Of a DNA stretch of 64,000 bases, positions 62,739-64,000 are shown one piece after another. A model generated the notes under the pieces. It made no database searches. It saw nothing but the letters and a program-made list of their open reading frames with translations, and had not been told where the DNA came from. Source of the stretch: Dendrobates tinctorius (lineage: Eukaryota); the NCBI RefSeq assembly GCF_039654945.1, contig NW_027361676.1, positions 42,098,001-42,162,000 on the forward strand, in the 5' to 3' direction. The stretch's first letter is position 1. Every line of letters begins with the position of its first letter. The position numbers were made by a program, and so were the translations under genes.

Positions 62739-64000
62739 CCCCTTAACCACCAATGATGGATCTCGCAGTCAGTGGACGCCTCCCCGTTTAGTGCGGGCTC
62801 CGGCGATAAGCCCGCAACCTTTCCCGGCACATATCAGCTGTTTGAACAGCTGACATGTGCTGCTAACAGCCACGGGAGGAATTGCGATCCTCCCACAGCT
62901 GTTAACCAGTTAAATGCCGCTGTCAAAAGCTCTGACAGCGGCATTTAACATGCATTTCCTGCCATCGCGCTGGAAATCCACCCACCGGTGATCCTTTCCG
63001 AGCCCAGACGTGTGCCCAAACAGTAGTCTACCCCAACATATGGGGCATCAGTATACTCAGAACTTATTGCACAACAACTTTTGTGGTCTAATTTCTCCTA
63101 TTACCCTTGGGAAAATAAAAAAATGGGTGCTTAAAAAAAAAAAAAAAAGTGGAAAAAAAAAAATGTTTTATTTTCACGGCTCTGCGTTATAAACTTCTGT
63201 GAAGCACTTGGGGGTTCAAAGTGCTCACTACTCATCTAGATAAGCTCCTTGTGGGATCTAGTTTCCAAAATGGGGTCACTTGTGGGGGGTTTCTACTGTT
63301 TAGGCACATCAGGGGCTCTGCAAACGCAACATGACGCCTGCAGAACATTCCATCAAAGTCTGCATTCCAAAATGGCGCTCCTTCCCTTCAGAGCTCTCCC
63401 ATGCGCCCAAACAGTGGTTCCCCTCCACATATGAGATATCGGTGTACTCAAACTTTTGTGGTCCAATTTCTCCTGTTAGCCTTGTGAAAATAAAAAATAG
63501 CGGGCTAAAAAATCATTTTTGAGGAAGAAAAAAAAAAAATGATTTTTATTTTCACAGCTCTACGTTATAAACTTCTATGAAGCACTTGGAGGTTCAAAGT
63601 GCTCACTACACATTTAGAAAAGTTCCTTAAGGGGTCTAGTTTCCACAGTTTAGGCACATCAGGGGCTCTCCAAGCACAACATGGTATCCGATCTCAATTT
63701 CAGCCAATTCTGCATTGAAAAGAATTAAACGGCGCTCCTCCGTCGCAAGCCCTGCCGTGCGCCCAAACAGTGGTTTACCCCCACATATGGGGTATTGGCG
63801 TATTCAGGAGAAATTGCACACCAAATTTTGTTTCTCTTTTTACACTTGTGAAAATAAAAAAAAAATGGTTCTGAAGTAAAATGTTTGTTTAAAAAAAAAA
63901 AAAAAAAGTTAATGTTCATTTTTTCCTTCCACATCGCTTCAGTTCCTGTGAAGCATGTAAAGGGTTAATAAACTGCTTGAATGTGGTTTTGAGCACCTTG
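62739..64000. mobile_element. piggyBac-like non-autonomous element in the last HPF1 intron (runs off the window)
   Basis: TTAA|CCCCTTAAC start and the same ~350-bp repeat units as 60163-62282. Confidence 0.75.

Overview
Vertebrate genomic DNA, most likely a frog (inferred from the TE repertoire). The + strand carries the 3' half of CLCN3 (ClC-3 2Cl-/H+ exchanger): five constitutive exons (6218-13820), the 76-nt cassette exon of the ClC-3B/e isoform (26427-26502), a terminal exon read in two frames (39329-39419 or 39490) and a ~2-kb 3'UTR. The last coding exon of HPF1 lies tail-to-tail on the - strand (62471-62602). Most of the rest is transposon-derived: L1, CR1 and L2 LINE remnants; many Tc1 copies; hAT, Harbinger, T2/Kolobok, Tigger and piggyBac-like non-autonomous elements; and two full-length DIRS1-type tyrosine-recombinase retrotransposons (17011-23017, 33188-38500), one on each side of the cassette exon. 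Highlights: (i) both divergent DIRS elements share a hidden phase-0 intron with tandem donors that joins an upstream ATG exon to a C4 zinc-finger gag, next to a CpG-rich promoter-like core and outward-facing splice donors; (ii) a Penelope-like insert with a minimal hammerhead ribozyme interrupts the recombinase gene of the first DIRS, and its inverted copy starts at the predicted cleavage site; (iii) the ClC-3B tail ends in DSLP rather than a canonical PDZ ligand, while read-through of the cassette exon would end in SNL. All coordinates were read by eye; no searches were run.
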